This document shows, piece after piece, positions 49,340 through 59,876 of a stretch of 64,000 bases of DNA. This stretch comes from Candidatus Cloacimonadota bacterium (GTDB lineage Bacteria > Cloacimonadota > Cloacimonadia > G963667145), in NCBI GenBank assembly GCA_963676615.1, contig OY781092.1, positions 480,001-544,000 on the forward strand. The letters run 5' to 3'. The notes beneath the pieces were generated by a model. The model saw nothing but the letters and a program-made list of their open reading frames with translations, was not told the DNA's origin and searched no databases. Numbering within the stretch: the first letter of the stretch is position 1; every line of letters starts with the position of its first letter. Both the position numbers and the translations under genes were made by a program.

Positions 49340-49372
49340 CGCTCTGCTGAAAATCGGCAGAGCGTTTTTTTT
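49340..49372 (+). terminator. Intrinsic terminator
   Basis: CGCTCTGCTGA / TCGGCAGAGCG stem followed by T8. Confidence 0.85.
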
Positions 49373-49389
49373 GGAAAGTAGGTGCTTTT

Positions 49390-50031
49390 ATGGAAACGAT
49401 TTTAAGTTATATCAGCGTGTGTGGGGCTTTTGTTTTGGCGATTTCGGGCGCTTTAACGGCGATGCAGAAAAAATTCGACGCTTTCGGCGTGGTGATTATC
49501 GCCTTTGTCACAGCCACGGGAGGTGGGACTTTACGCGACATTATGGTCAACGGCAAATCGATTTTTTGGATGGCAGAGAGCGACTACATCTACGCCATTT
49601 TGGCTGGCAGCGTGATCGCCATAATTTTTCGCTACTATCTGGGATATTTGCTCAAGACGCTCTTTTTTTTCGACACGATAGGGCTTGCGCTCTACACAGT
49701 TGCGGGTGTGCAGGTCGGCATCTATTTTCAGCTGGGATTTTTGAACAGCGTTATTTTGGGGACGATTACTGGAGCTTTTGGTGGAGTTTTGCGCGATGTT
49801 TTGGTCGGCGATATTCCAGTGATTTTTCATCGAGAAATTTACGCAACCGTCTCGCTTGTGGGCGGCTCGCTTTACTACTTTTTGGCACTTTTTTCGCCAG
49901 AATTGGGAGAATGGAGCAAAATTTTACCGCTTGTTTTTATAATTTTGGCAAGATTTTTGGTCGTCTACTACAAAGTGCATTTTCCGTGTATTTCGTTGGT
50001 GCGATATGATAAAAATGCGAAAAAGAAGTAG
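49390..50031 (+). CDS. Trimeric intracellular cation channel family (UPF0126/YadS-like) membrane protein
   Basis: AISGA..FDAFG..TATGGGTLRD and GAFGGVLRDVL..EIYA repeats. Confidence 0.92.
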   Translation: METILSYISVCGAFVLAISGALTAMQKKFDAFGVVIIAFVTATGGGTLRDIMVNGKSIFWMAESDYIYAILAGSVIAIIFRYYLGYLLKTLFFFDTIGLALYTVAGVQVGIYFQLGFLNSVILGTITGAFGGVLRDVLVGDIPVIFHREIYATVSLVGGSLYYFLALFSPELGEWSKILPLVFIILARFLVVYYKVHFPCISLVRYDKNAKKK

Positions 50032-50050
50032 TAAAAAATAATTAAATTTG

Positions 50051-53000
50051 ATGAAAAAAATTGTTTTTATCGATTCTGAAGTTGATTTTGAACAAAAAGA
50101 ACTTTTAGATTTTGGTGGAATTACGGCAAAAAATTCTATTCTGCATTCAAATTCCAAAGAAAAAATTATCGCTTTTATTAGTGCCGCAAAATATTTGTGC
50201 GGGCATAATATTATGCGGCATGATTTGCCTTTTTTAGAGAAAAAGCTATGTCTAAAATTTGCAAATTTCCGGATAATTGATACTTTGTTTCTGTCTCCTC
50301 TTTTGTTCCCCAAAAAGCCTTATCACTCTTTGGTAAAAGACGACAAGTTGCAAACAGATGATTTGAATAATCCTTTGAGCGATGCAATAAAATCAAGAGA
50401 TTTGTTTTTTGCTGAAAAATCTACTTTTCAAAGATTGGATGAAAATTTAAAGAAAATTTATTATTCATTGTTAGTTGCAGAACAAGAATTTGTCTCTTTT
50501 TTTCATTATATTGATTTTTCCTGTTGTATTGATGATGTTTTTAATTTGATAAAAGAATCGTTTGTTGGCAAAATTTGTCACAATGTTGATTTAAGATTTT
50601 TGATCAAAAATATGCCTGTAGAATTGGCATATTGCTTGGCTTTAATAGATACTAATAGCAGATATTCGATAACTCCACCTTGGGTTTTCAAAAATTATCC
50701 AGGGGTCGAAAGAGTGTTGCATTTGCTGCGAAGCAACCCTTGTTTAACAGGGTGCTCATTTTGCGATAAATTGTTAAAGTCTGAAAATGCATTAAAAAAA
50801 TATTTTGGATTTAATTCTTTTAGGACTTTTGGAGGCAAACCGTTACAAAAAAAGGCTGTTGACGCTGCGATTAATAGCAAATCTATTTTGGTCGTATTTC
50901 CAACGGGTGGAGGTAAATCGCTTACTTTTCAAATACCAGCTTTGATGAGTGGTGAAAATGTGAAAGGCTTGACTGTAGTTATTTCTCCATTGCAATCTTT
51001 AATGAAAGACCAAGTTGATAATCTTGAGAAGTTAAACATCACAGAAGCAGTAACTATAAACGGGTTGCTTGATCCGATTGAACGAGCAAAATCTTTTGAA
51101 AGAGTTGAAAGTGGCGAGGCTTCTATCTTATACATTTCGCCAGAATCGCTTAGATCAAAATCGATTGAGCGACTTTTGTTAGGACGAAATGTCGTTCGGT
51201 TTGTCATTGATGAAGCTCATTGTTTTTCAGCTTGGGGGCAAGATTTTCGAGTAGATTATCTTTATATAGGTGATTTTATTAAATCTTTGCAAGAGACGAA
51301 AAATTTACAGATAAATATCCCAGTGTCTTGTTTTACAGCAACCGCAAAACAAAATGTCATCAAAGACATAATTGACTATTTTCAAAGTAAATTAGGGCTA
51401 CAGCTTGAGGTCTTTAATTCAAATATTTCAAGAACTAATTTAAATTATAAGGTTCTTCTCAAAACTACGGAAGAGGAAAAATATAATACTCTTCGAAATT
51501 TGTTGGACGCTAAGCATTGCCCTGCAATCGTTTATGTTTCTCGAACTAAGCAGGCTTATGATATTGCCAAAAGATTATCAAGTGATGGATATTTAGCCAA
51601 GCCATATCATGGGAAAATGGAAAAACAGGAAAAAACTAAAAATCAAGACGCTTTTATTAAAGGGGATGTTGATATTATGGTTGCTACTTCCGCTTTTGGC
51701 ATGGGAGTAGACAAAAAAGATGTTGGCTTGGTAATCCACTATGATTTGTCTGATTCGTTAGAAAATTATATGCAAGAGGCAGGCAGGGCAGGTAGAGATG
51801 AAAACCTTACCGCAGATTGTTATGTTCTTTTTAACGAAGCGGATTTAAACAAGCATTTTATTTTATTAAAGCAGACGAAGCTGAATATTAAAGAAATACA
51901 GCAAATTTGGAGAGCCATAAAAAAGATTACTTATTATAGGCAAAAAGTTTCAAATTCGGCTCTGGAGATTGCGCGAAAAGCGGGCTGGGACGATAATGTG
52001 GTAGATATTGAAACAAGGGTAACTACTGCAATTTCAGCTTTAGAAGAGGCTGGATATTTAAAGCGCAGTCAAAATATGCCACGAATTTATGCCACGAGTA
52101 TTTTATCAAAAAATGCCCAAGATGCGGTGGAAAAGATTAATTTGTCAAAAAGATTTAACGATGTCCAAAAAAAATACGCAGTGCGAATTATCAAAAAATT
52201 GTTTTCAAGCAAAAGCAAAAAACAAGCAACGGAAGAGTCTGCTGAATCTAGAATTGATTATATTTCTGATCAACTTGGAATATTAAAAGAAGAGGTAATC
52301 AATGTCGTCAATTTGCTAAAAGAAGAAAAAATTTTGGCAGACACCAAAGATTTAACGGCTTTTATTAAAAGGGGAGATAATAAAAATAAATCTCTTGATA
52401 TTTTAAATTCGGCAAGCTCAATTGAAAATTTTTTATTATCAGAAGTTGAAGAAGAGGAAAAAGTTTTTAATCTTAAAAATTTGAACGAACAAGCGGAGGT
52501 CTTTGGATGTTTAAGTTCTTCGGTAAATGAAATTAAAACCATTATAAATTTTTGGGCAATTAAAAATTTGATTGTTAGGCAGTATAATTTTTCTAAAGAT
52601 TATCTGACTATTTGCATAAAAGGTCAAAAGGAAAAATTCAGACAGAAACTCAGAAAAAGGCACGAATTAGCTCATATTATTATAGATTATCTTTATTTGA
52701 AAAGCAAACAAACTTGCGCTAGGTTGGATGAAAACGAGGCTCAAGATTTAGTGGAATTTTCGATTTGTGATTTGAAAGAAGAGTATGAGAATAAAAATAC
52801 TTTATTTAAATCTGATGTTACCTTGGCTGATATAGAAGATGCTTTGTTTTATTTGTCTAGAATTGAAGCTATTAAAATTGAGGGTGGTTTTCTTGTAATT
52901 TATAACAAACTTACTATCGAAAGGATTGAACTCGACAACAAAAAACAGTATAAGCTAGAAGATTATCGGAAGTTGAATAAATTTTATGAAAACAAGGTGC

Positions 53001-54850
53001 AGCAAATTCATATTGTGGGCGAATATGCAAAAAAAATGCTTAGAAATTATAAGGAAGCTCTGCAGTTCGTCGAAGATTATTTCAATCTGAATTATGGGGA
53101 GTTTTTAAACAAATATTTTAAGGGTGACAGGCTGAAAGAGATAACGCAAAACATTACACCAGCGCAATTTGAAAAATTATTTGGAAAGCTGTCGCCTGCT
53201 CAATTATCAGTAATTAAAGACAATGCCACTCCGTATATAGTAGTGGCCGCTGGACCTGGTAGTGGTAAAACGCGAGTTCTTGTTCACAAGCTTGCTTCTC
53301 TTGCAATGATCGAAGATGTAAAATATGAGCAATTGTTAATGCTTACTTTTTCCCGAGCGGCAGCAACTGAGTTTAAAAAGCGTTTGATAGAATTAGTTGG
53401 TAATTCTGCCAATTTTATCGAAATTAAAACCTTTCATTCCTATTGTTTTGATTTGTTGGGAAAAGTAGGTTCAATTGGCAAATCTGATAATGTTGTTGAA
53501 GAAGCGGTAAAGAAAATAGAAAATAAAAAGATCGAATTAAGCCGTATTACCAAAACTGTTTTGGTAATCGATGAGGCTCAAGATATGAATAAGCAAGAAT
53601 TCAGTTTAGTTGAAGCGTTAATGAGGCATAATCAGGAAATGCGCGTTATACTTGCAGGTGACGACGATCAAAATATTTACAAGTTTAGAGGATCAAATTC
53701 TAAAAATTTGTGGCAGTTTATAAAGGAGAAAAAAGCAAAAAAAATTGAATTGCTTGAAAATTATCGAAGTAAAGCCAATATTGTAGAGTTTGCGAATAAA
53801 TTTGCTACGAAAATCTCTAATAGGCTGAAAGAAAATCCTATTGTTTCGCACTCTGCTGAAAATGGATTGGTGAAAGTTATTAAATATGCTAGCTCTAAGA
53901 TTACAGAGCCAATTGTCGATTATGTCTCTAAATCTAGTTTAGACACCACTACTTGTATTTTGGTATATTCCAATTTTCAAGCAATACAAATTGCAGGACT
54001 ATTGTCTACAAAAAAAGTCCCTACAAAACTAATTCAAACAAATAATGAAATAAATTTATATAATCTTTTGGAAGTGCGTTATTTTGTGGACCTTTTGGGG
54101 GTAAGCAAAAACTCTTGTCTGATAACTGAAAAAGTTTGGGTGTCTGCAAAAAAAGATTTTATCGAAAAATATAAAGATAGTTCTAATTTTGATTTGTGCA
54201 TTAACCTTATAAATGAGTTCGAATTGGTGAATCCTAGGGTTAAATATCATTCAGATTTTGAAATTTTTATAAAAGAGTCTAAGTTTGAAGATTTTGTAAA
54301 TGTTAGCTGTAATATGGTGTATGTGTCCACGATTCATAAAGCCAAGGGTAAGGAGTTTGATAATGTGCATTTAGTTTTGGATAAATATGATTTTACAGAT
54401 GAAGAAAAGAAAAAAATAGCTTATGTTGGAATGACCAGAGCAAAAAACAATCTTGTCGTTCATTTAAATAATAGCTTTTTTGATGATTTTTTTTGCTCGA
54501 ATTTGATTAAGCAGTTTGATAATTTTTGGTATAAAGAGCCTGAGTTTTTGATAATTCATCTTACATATAGGGATGTTTGGCTGGATTTTTTTCGCTCTCA
54601 ACAAAAGAATTTTGGGAATCTTAGAAGTGGAGATAACTTGAAAGTTTTTTCGGATGGGTGTGTTAATTTTGACAACAAATATGTTTTAAGATTTTCGAAA
54701 AGTTTTATAAAAAAAATAGCTGATTATGAGAATAAAGGTTATAAACTGATAAAATCTAAAGTGAATCAAATTGTCTATTGGATAAAAAAAGAGGATGAAA
54801 AAGAAGTGAAAATAATTTTGCCAGAACTTAAATTTATTAAAAAGGTCTAA
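50051..54850 (+). CDS. DEDD-type 3'-5' exonuclease / RecQ (SF2) helicase / UvrD (SF1) helicase fusion, about 1600 aa
   Basis: FIDSE, GHNIMRHD, IDTL (exonuclease); PTGGGKS, DEAHC, QEAGRAGRD (RecQ); AGPGSGKT, DEAQD, GDDDQNIY, TIHKAKGKEFD, YVGMTRAK (UvrD). Confidence 0.9.
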   Translation: MKKIVFIDSEVDFEQKELLDFGGITAKNSILHSNSKEKIIAFISAAKYLCGHNIMRHDLPFLEKKLCLKFANFRIIDTLFLSPLLFPKKPYHSLVKDDKLQTDDLNNPLSDAIKSRDLFFAEKSTFQRLDENLKKIYYSLLVAEQEFVSFFHYIDFSCCIDDVFNLIKESFVGKICHNVDLRFLIKNMPVELAYCLALIDTNSRYSITPPWVFKNYPGVERVLHLLRSNPCLTGCSFCDKLLKSENALKKYFGFNSFRTFGGKPLQKKAVDAAINSKSILVVFPTGGGKSLTFQIPALMSGENVKGLTVVISPLQSLMKDQVDNLEKLNITEAVTINGLLDPIERAKSFERVESGEASILYISPESLRSKSIERLLLGRNVVRFVIDEAHCFSAWGQDFRVDYLYIGDFIKSLQETKNLQINIPVSCFTATAKQNVIKDIIDYFQSKLGLQLEVFNSNISRTNLNYKVLLKTTEEEKYNTLRNLLDAKHCPAIVYVSRTKQAYDIAKRLSSDGYLAKPYHGKMEKQEKTKNQDAFIKGDVDIMVATSAFGMGVDKKDVGLVIHYDLSDSLENYMQEAGRAGRDENLTADCYVLFNEADLNKHFILLKQTKLNIKEIQQIWRAIKKITYYRQKVSNSALEIARKAGWDDNVVDIETRVTTAISALEEAGYLKRSQNMPRIYATSILSKNAQDAVEKINLSKRFNDVQKKYAVRIIKKLFSSKSKKQATEESAESRIDYISDQLGILKEEVINVVNLLKEEKILADTKDLTAFIKRGDNKNKSLDILNSASSIENFLLSEVEEEEKVFNLKNLNEQAEVFGCLSSSVNEIKTIINFWAIKNLIVRQYNFSKDYLTICIKGQKEKFRQKLRKRHELAHIIIDYLYLKSKQTCARLDENEAQDLVEFSICDLKEEYENKNTLFKSDVTLADIEDALFYLSRIEAIKIEGGFLVIYNKLTIERIELDNKKQYKLEDYRKLNKFYENKVQQIHIVGEYAKKMLRNYKEALQFVEDYFNLNYGEFLNKYFKGDRLKEITQNITPAQFEKLFGKLSPAQLSVIKDNATPYIVVAAGPGSGKTRVLVHKLASLAMIEDVKYEQLLMLTFSRAAATEFKKRLIELVGNSANFIEIKTFHSYCFDLLGKVGSIGKSDNVVEEAVKKIENKKIELSRITKTVLVIDEAQDMNKQEFSLVEALMRHNQEMRVILAGDDDQNIYKFRGSNSKNLWQFIKEKKAKKIELLENYRSKANIVEFANKFATKISNRLKENPIVSHSAENGLVKVIKYASSKITEPIVDYVSKSSLDTTTCILVYSNFQAIQIAGLLSTKKVPTKLIQTNNEINLYNLLEVRYFVDLLGVSKNSCLITEKVWVSAKKDFIEKYKDSSNFDLCINLINEFELVNPRVKYHSDFEIFIKESKFEDFVNVSCNMVYVSTIHKAKGKEFDNVHLVLDKYDFTDEEKKKIAYVGMTRAKNNLVVHLNNSFFDDFFCSNLIKQFDNFWYKEPEFLIIHLTYRDVWLDFFRSQQKNFGNLRSGDNLKVFSDGCVNFDNKYVLRFSKSFIKKIADYENKGYKLIKSKVNQIVYWIKKEDEKEVKIILPELKFIKKV

Positions 54851-54853
54851 CAA

Positions 54854-54895
54854 AAAACGGCAACTTCTAAAAAAAGCTGCCGTTTTATTTTTTTT
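54854..54895. terminator. Bidirectional intrinsic terminator between the helicase and the ABC permease
   Basis: AAAACGGCA / TGCCGTTTT stem flanked by A and T tracts. Confidence 0.8.
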
Positions 54896-54907
54896 GTCAA
54901 ATTTTGT

Positions 54908-55840
54908 TTAGTCGCGATTTTCTCTAAAGTAAGGAACGCCGATAGATTTTGGTGTTTGCGAGATTCTGCCGCGCAAGTTTACATAGAGCAGGAACGCGAT
55001 GGTTGCAAGATAGGGGATGGTGTTGAGCAGGAAGGTCGGCACCTGAAAGCCCATGGCTTGTAGTCTGGGTTGCATCGCTTCCAAAATTCCGAAGAGGAAC
55101 GCGCCGCCAAAGGCGTAGTATGGGTTCCAGTTGGCAAAAATTACCAAAGCGATGACGATCCAGCCTTTTCCTGAGGTCATTTTTTCGACCCAAAACGGTG
55201 TGTAGCAAAGCGAGAGGTAGGCTCCAGCCACGCCAGCCAAAAATCCGCCGAAGAGTGTGCAGAGATAGCGGGTTTTGATGACATGGATGCCCATAATTTC
55301 GCTGGCAAGAGGCTCTTCGCCTGTGGCTTTTACGGCAAGTCCGTATTTTGTTTTGTTCAAAAAAAGCCACGCCAAAACGACCAAAACATAGCTGATATAG
55401 ACCAAAATATTGTGATCGAAAAACACAGGCCCAATCAGCGGGATTTTTGATAGAAGCGGAATTGGCAGAGCTGGCAAGCTGTAGCTCAGAGATTTGCCGA
55501 TGAGGTTTTCGCCGAGCATTGCGCTGAGTCCTGTGCCAAAGATTGTTAGGGCGATTCCCGTTACATACTGGTTGGAGCGCAGGGTGATGGTGAGGAAGGC
55601 GAAGATTGCCGAAAGCAGCAGTCCAACGCAGCCAGCGACCAAAATTCCCAAAAAGATGCTGTCGTGATGCAGGGCGATGCCAAATCCAGTGCAGGCTCCC
55701 ATGAGCATCATTCCTTCGATTCCCAAATTGCAGATTCCCGATTTTTCGGTGATAATCTCGCCGATGGTGGCAAACAAAACGACCGTTCCGCTGGCGACAC
55801 CTGTAATCAAAATCGATTGTAAAACTGAATACCAACTCAT
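54908..55840 (-). CDS. ABC transporter permease (nucleoside/sugar, BMP-associated type)
   Basis: EKSGICNLGIEG, ATGEEP, GKGWIVIALVIF..WNP. Confidence 0.92.
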   Translation of the reverse strand: MSWYSVLQSILITGVASGTVVLFATIGEIITEKSGICNLGIEGMMLMGACTGFGIALHHDSIFLGILVAGCVGLLLSAIFAFLTITLRSNQYVTGIALTIFGTGLSAMLGENLIGKSLSYSLPALPIPLLSKIPLIGPVFFDHNILVYISYVLVVLAWLFLNKTKYGLAVKATGEEPLASEIMGIHVIKTRYLCTLFGGFLAGVAGAYLSLCYTPFWVEKMTSGKGWIVIALVIFANWNPYYAFGGAFLFGILEAMQPRLQAMGFQVPTFLLNTIPYLATIAFLLYVNLRGRISQTPKSIGVPYFRENRD

Positions 55841-56910
55841 TATTTTTTCTCCTTTATCACCATTTTGACATTGTAACTTTTGAACAGCTCACTGCCCAAA
55901 ATGGCGAACAAAATTATTCCCTGGGCGATTGTGCCCATCGACGCTGGCAGACCCATGAGCATCTCCAGCATTTCCGAGCCAGTAATCACAGCGCTCATAA
56001 AAAGCGAATAGACGACGATTCCGATTGGATTGGCTCTAGCCAGCCATGCCACGATTATTCCGGTAAATCCAAAGCCCATCGACAGTTGGTGCTGCAGTTT
56101 GTATTGGATGCCAGCCACTTCGCTCATTCCGGCGAGTCCAGCCAGCACGCCGCTGACCAAAAATACAGAAAACATAATTCTTTTGACATTGATGCCAGAG
56201 TAGGTCGCCGATTGGGTTGATGCGCCCGTCAGGCGGACTTTGTAGCCCCAGCTGGAGTATTTCATCAAAAGGTAGATGACGATTGTGGCAATCAGGGCAA
56301 GGATTAGTCCCATATGCACGCGCTCAAATCCCAAAAGTGGCAAACGCGCTGGCTCGGGAAATTCTGGCGTGAACGGATAGTTGTCTTCGTTTTTCCAGAT
56401 GCCAAAAATCAGGTGATCGACAAAGTAGATGGCGACATAGTTCAGAAGCAGTGTGGTGATGATTTCGTCAACTTTGAAGCGGATTTTTAGCACAGCGGGG
56501 ATAAACGCCCAAAACGCTCCGCCGATTCCGCCAGCGATAATCATCACAAGCAGTTGGATGAAAGTGGGCATTGTCGGCAGATGCATTACCACGGCGGTGG
56601 CAAACATCGCACCGATATACAGCTGTCCCTCAGCTCCGATGTTCCAAACTTTGCTGGTAAGGGCGATACCCACAGCCAATCCGCAAAAAAGCAGCGGCGT
56701 GGCTTTTACCAAAACTTCGCTTATTCCATATCCAGTAAAAAGAGTCGTGTCGATCGACACCCACAGCGCCTCTAGCGGATTAACGCCCTCCAGGGCAACG
56801 ATAATTCCACAAAAAATGAAAGCCACACAAATGGCGATAATCGAAATTCCGACATCCATTTTGGTGCTAACTCTCTCTTTTTGGACTAATTTTAGTTTAA
56901 TCATTAGCAA
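55840..56910 (-). CDS. ABC transporter permease (nucleoside/sugar, BMP-associated type)
   Basis: WNIGAEGQ, DEIITTLLLNY, GFTGIIVAWLA..NP. Confidence 0.92.
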   Translation of the reverse strand: MLMIKLKLVQKERVSTKMDVGISIIAICVAFIFCGIIVALEGVNPLEALWVSIDTTLFTGYGISEVLVKATPLLFCGLAVGIALTSKVWNIGAEGQLYIGAMFATAVVMHLPTMPTFIQLLVMIIAGGIGGAFWAFIPAVLKIRFKVDEIITTLLLNYVAIYFVDHLIFGIWKNEDNYPFTPEFPEPARLPLLGFERVHMGLILALIATIVIYLLMKYSSWGYKVRLTGASTQSATYSGINVKRIMFSVFLVSGVLAGLAGMSEVAGIQYKLQHQLSMGFGFTGIIVAWLARANPIGIVVYSLFMSAVITGSEMLEMLMGLPASMGTIAQGIILFAILGSELFKSYNVKMVIKEKK

Positions 56911-58438
56911 GCTCCTTTTGTTTATCCAAATCTTCTTGATGCGTCCCGCTCATCATCAGCCCGATTTCGCTAATATCGTAGGCGCCGTTTTTGAACTGAC
57001 CCATAAATTTGCCTTCATACATCACCGCCAAATTGTCCGCCAGACCAAAAAGCTCGTCGAAATCGCTAGAGATAAGCAGAACCGATTTTCCCTGATTTCG
57101 CAAATCCAAAAGCGACTTCCGCACAAAATCTGTGGCTCCGACATCCAGACCCCTTGTCGGATATGAGCAGATGAACAAATCGCTACCAGCCTCGATTTCT
57201 CGACCGATAATGATTTTTTGCAGGTTTCCGCCCGAGAGCAAAATCGCAGGGAAGTTCATTCCTGGATGCAAAACATCGTATTTTTCCAAAATATTGACAT
57301 CGGTGTAGTTTTTCAACTTGCCGATTTTCAAAAATCTCCGCTTTTGATAGTCGTTTTTGCGATAAACTTTCGACACAGAATTTTCCCAAATAGGACGATT
57401 GCCCGCAACTCCGACATTCACACGGTCGCTGGGGATGTAGCTGATACCCGCATCGATCCGCTCTTTGACAGTGCAATCCGAGATGTTTTTATCGTTGAAA
57501 ACGATTTTGCCGCTTTTGCGAGGACAAATCCCCATAATCGACTCCATCAGCTCGTGCTGCCCGTTGCCAGTCACGCCAGCGATGCCCAAAATCTCGCCCT
57601 TTTTAATCCGAAAGCTCACATTATCCACCAGCGGCACATCCTGTCCGACAGTCAAATTTTCGACAACAATCGTGTCTTCGTCGGAATCGATCTGTTTGCG
57701 ATCAAAAATAATCGCCTCTTTCTCGCCAACCATCATCACCGAAAGTTCCTTCGCCTCGACTTCGCCCGTGGCAATCGTGCCGATTTTATCGCCTTTGCGC
57801 ATCACGGTAATCGTGTCTGCCACCTTAAAAACCTCGGGCATTTTGTGCGTGATAAAAATTACGCCTTTTCCCGTGGCAGCGATTTTTTTGAAGGTATCCA
57901 AAAGATTATCAGCTTCTTGTTTGGTCAACACCGTCGTCGGCTCGTCCACAATCAGCACCTCCACATCGCGCACCAGCATCTTTAAAATTTCCGCCTTTTG
58001 TCGAACGCCGATAGGCACCTGATCGCACCGCGCGTCCCAATCCAGCTTGAAATCGAACTTTTTGGCATACTGCATAATCAGCTCTTTGCGCTCTTTCATA
58101 TTCAGCCAAAATTTGTTGGAAGGCAACCCCAAAATGATATTTTCCAAAATCGTCAGACTCCCGACCAACGACAGCCGCTGGTGAACCATTCCGATTCCTT
58201 TTTGCAACGCTTGCCCAGGAAAATCGAGCTCCAAAGGTTTGCCGTCAAACTCGATGCTGCCAGAATCTTGCTGATAAACCCCAGTGAGAATATTCATCAA
58301 AGTCGTTTTGCCAGCGCCATTTTCTCCCAGCAAGGCGTGAATTTCACCCTTTTTGAGAACAAAATCGATGTTGTTATTCGCCTTAACGCCGAAAAAACTT
58401 TTGTTGATTTTGCTCATCTTTACTAGAATCTCGCTCAA
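56897..58438 (-). CDS. ABC transporter ATP-binding protein with two ABC domains
   Basis: GENGAGKTT, VDEPT, LSGGNLQK, PTRGLDVGA. Confidence 0.95.
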   Translation of the reverse strand: MSEILVKMSKINKSFFGVKANNNIDFVLKKGEIHALLGENGAGKTTLMNILTGVYQQDSGSIEFDGKPLELDFPGQALQKGIGMVHQRLSLVGSLTILENIILGLPSNKFWLNMKERKELIMQYAKKFDFKLDWDARCDQVPIGVRQKAEILKMLVRDVEVLIVDEPTTVLTKQEADNLLDTFKKIAATGKGVIFITHKMPEVFKVADTITVMRKGDKIGTIATGEVEAKELSVMMVGEKEAIIFDRKQIDSDEDTIVVENLTVGQDVPLVDNVSFRIKKGEILGIAGVTGNGQHELMESIMGICPRKSGKIVFNDKNISDCTVKERIDAGISYIPSDRVNVGVAGNRPIWENSVSKVYRKNDYQKRRFLKIGKLKNYTDVNILEKYDVLHPGMNFPAILLSGGNLQKIIIGREIEAGSDLFICSYPTRGLDVGATDFVRKSLLDLRNQGKSVLLISSDFDELFGLADNLAVMYEGKFMGQFKNGAYDISEIGLMMSGTHQEDLDKQKELAND

Positions 58439-58732
58439 ATTGCCTCCTTTTTAACCACTAAAAAATATTTTCGCCATAGAAACTTGTGGTAATATTAGTG
58501 GCAAGAAAATTTTTTATTTTTGTGTAATTTACTTAATTTGGGCAAATTGCTTGCTACCTTATATTTAAAATTTCAAAAAAAAAATAGCGAGCCAAACCTT
58601 TTGCAAATAAAGGAAAATTTCAAAAGTTTAGGCGCTAAATTTTGCTCCAGAAAAAAAAAGAATTGACATCAAAAAAGATTGATTTACTATTTGGCAATCA
58701 TAAAAATCACGAAAAAAATAAAGGAGTGAAAG

Positions 58733-59806
58733 ATGAGAAAAACAAAGTTATTCTTTGCAATTGCAACGATGATGTGCCTGGGAGCAAGCCTTTTGGCAAA
58801 GGACTTGCGAGTTGGAGCGGTCTATATCGGACCTGCCCGAGACGGAGGCTGGACTCAAGCCCACGATGATGGAATTGAGTCGCTCCGCAAGCTTCCTTAT
58901 GTCAAAAAAATTATGAAAAAAGAGGAAGTCCCAGAGAGTTCTGAGGCTGAGAAAGTGTTGAACCAAATGGTGAAATTGGGTAAATGTAACTTGATTTTCA
59001 CCAACTCGTTTGGCTATATGGACCAAACTCTTAAAGTGGCAAAAGAGAATCCAGATGTTGTGTTTATGCATTGTTCTGGCTACAAAACCGCCAAAAATAT
59101 GGGAACATATTATGGCAAAATCTACCAAGCTAAATTTTTGGGCGGAATGGTCGCTGGCTTGATGACCAAAAGCAACAAAATCGGCTATGTAGCGCCAATT
59201 GCTATCCCAGAGATTTACCGTCTTGTGGACGCTTTTGCTCTTGGAGTGAAATATGTGAACAAAAAAGCTAAGGTGCAAGTTGTTTGGGTCGGCTCTTGGT
59301 TCGATCCTGCCAAAGAGATGGACGCCGCAAAATCTATGATTGAGCAAGGTTGCGATGTCATCACACAAGGTGGCGACTCTCCAGCTCCACAACAAGCAGC
59401 CGAAAAAGCTGGAGTTTGGGCTATCGGTCACGACAACGATATGAGCGCTTACGCACCTAGCAAGAGCCTTACTTCTGTCGTTTGGCACTGGGGCGTTATC
59501 TATAATATCGTCGCAAAATCTGTTCACGACGGCACCTGGAAAGCAGAAGGTCCTGCAGATTTTTGGCCTGGAATCGAGACTGGCGTAGCTGGTTTGACTC
59601 CTTTCACCGAAAATGTTCCAAAAAGCGTGCAAAAGAAAGTGCTAGCAATGGAAAAGAAAATCGCTGGTGGAAAATACAAGATTTTCAAAGGTCCAATCTA
59701 CGACAAGGACGGCAAACTCAGAGTTAAAAAGGGTCAAGTTATGACACCAAAACAGCTTTTGAGTATGAACTGGCTTGTTGACAATGTCGTTGGAAATAAC
59801 AAGTAG
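58733..59806 (+). CDS. BMP family ABC substrate-binding protein
   Basis: Signal peptide; YIGP..DGGWTQAH, NSFGYMD, AFALG, WVGSWFDP. Confidence 0.92.
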   Translation: MRKTKLFFAIATMMCLGASLLAKDLRVGAVYIGPARDGGWTQAHDDGIESLRKLPYVKKIMKKEEVPESSEAEKVLNQMVKLGKCNLIFTNSFGYMDQTLKVAKENPDVVFMHCSGYKTAKNMGTYYGKIYQAKFLGGMVAGLMTKSNKIGYVAPIAIPEIYRLVDAFALGVKYVNKKAKVQVVWVGSWFDPAKEMDAAKSMIEQGCDVITQGGDSPAPQQAAEKAGVWAIGHDNDMSAYAPSKSLTSVVWHWGVIYNIVAKSVHDGTWKAEGPADFWPGIETGVAGLTPFTENVPKSVQKKVLAMEKKIAGGKYKIFKGPIYDKDGKLRVKKGQVMTPKQLLSMNWLVDNVVGNNK

Positions 59807-59825
59807 AAGCTGAATTTATTTAAGG

Positions 59826-59857
59826 AACGGAGGCTTTTTTTAGTCTCCGTTTTTTTT
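59826..59857 (+). terminator. Intrinsic terminator
   Basis: AACGGAGGCT / AGTCTCCGTT stem followed by a T tract. Confidence 0.85.
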
Positions 59858-59876
59858 GACTTGGGACTTATAAAAT

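Noticed and set aside
49371..50009. 212-aa alternative-frame ORF over the UPF0126 gene (also 54924-55835 over the permease)
   Set aside because: The overlapping frame holds the recognisable family motifs; these frames are Arg-rich and motif-free
58439..58732. Purine riboswitch upstream of the nucleoside-type ABC genes
   Set aside because: The spacer is AT-rich with no recognisable aptamer core or stems
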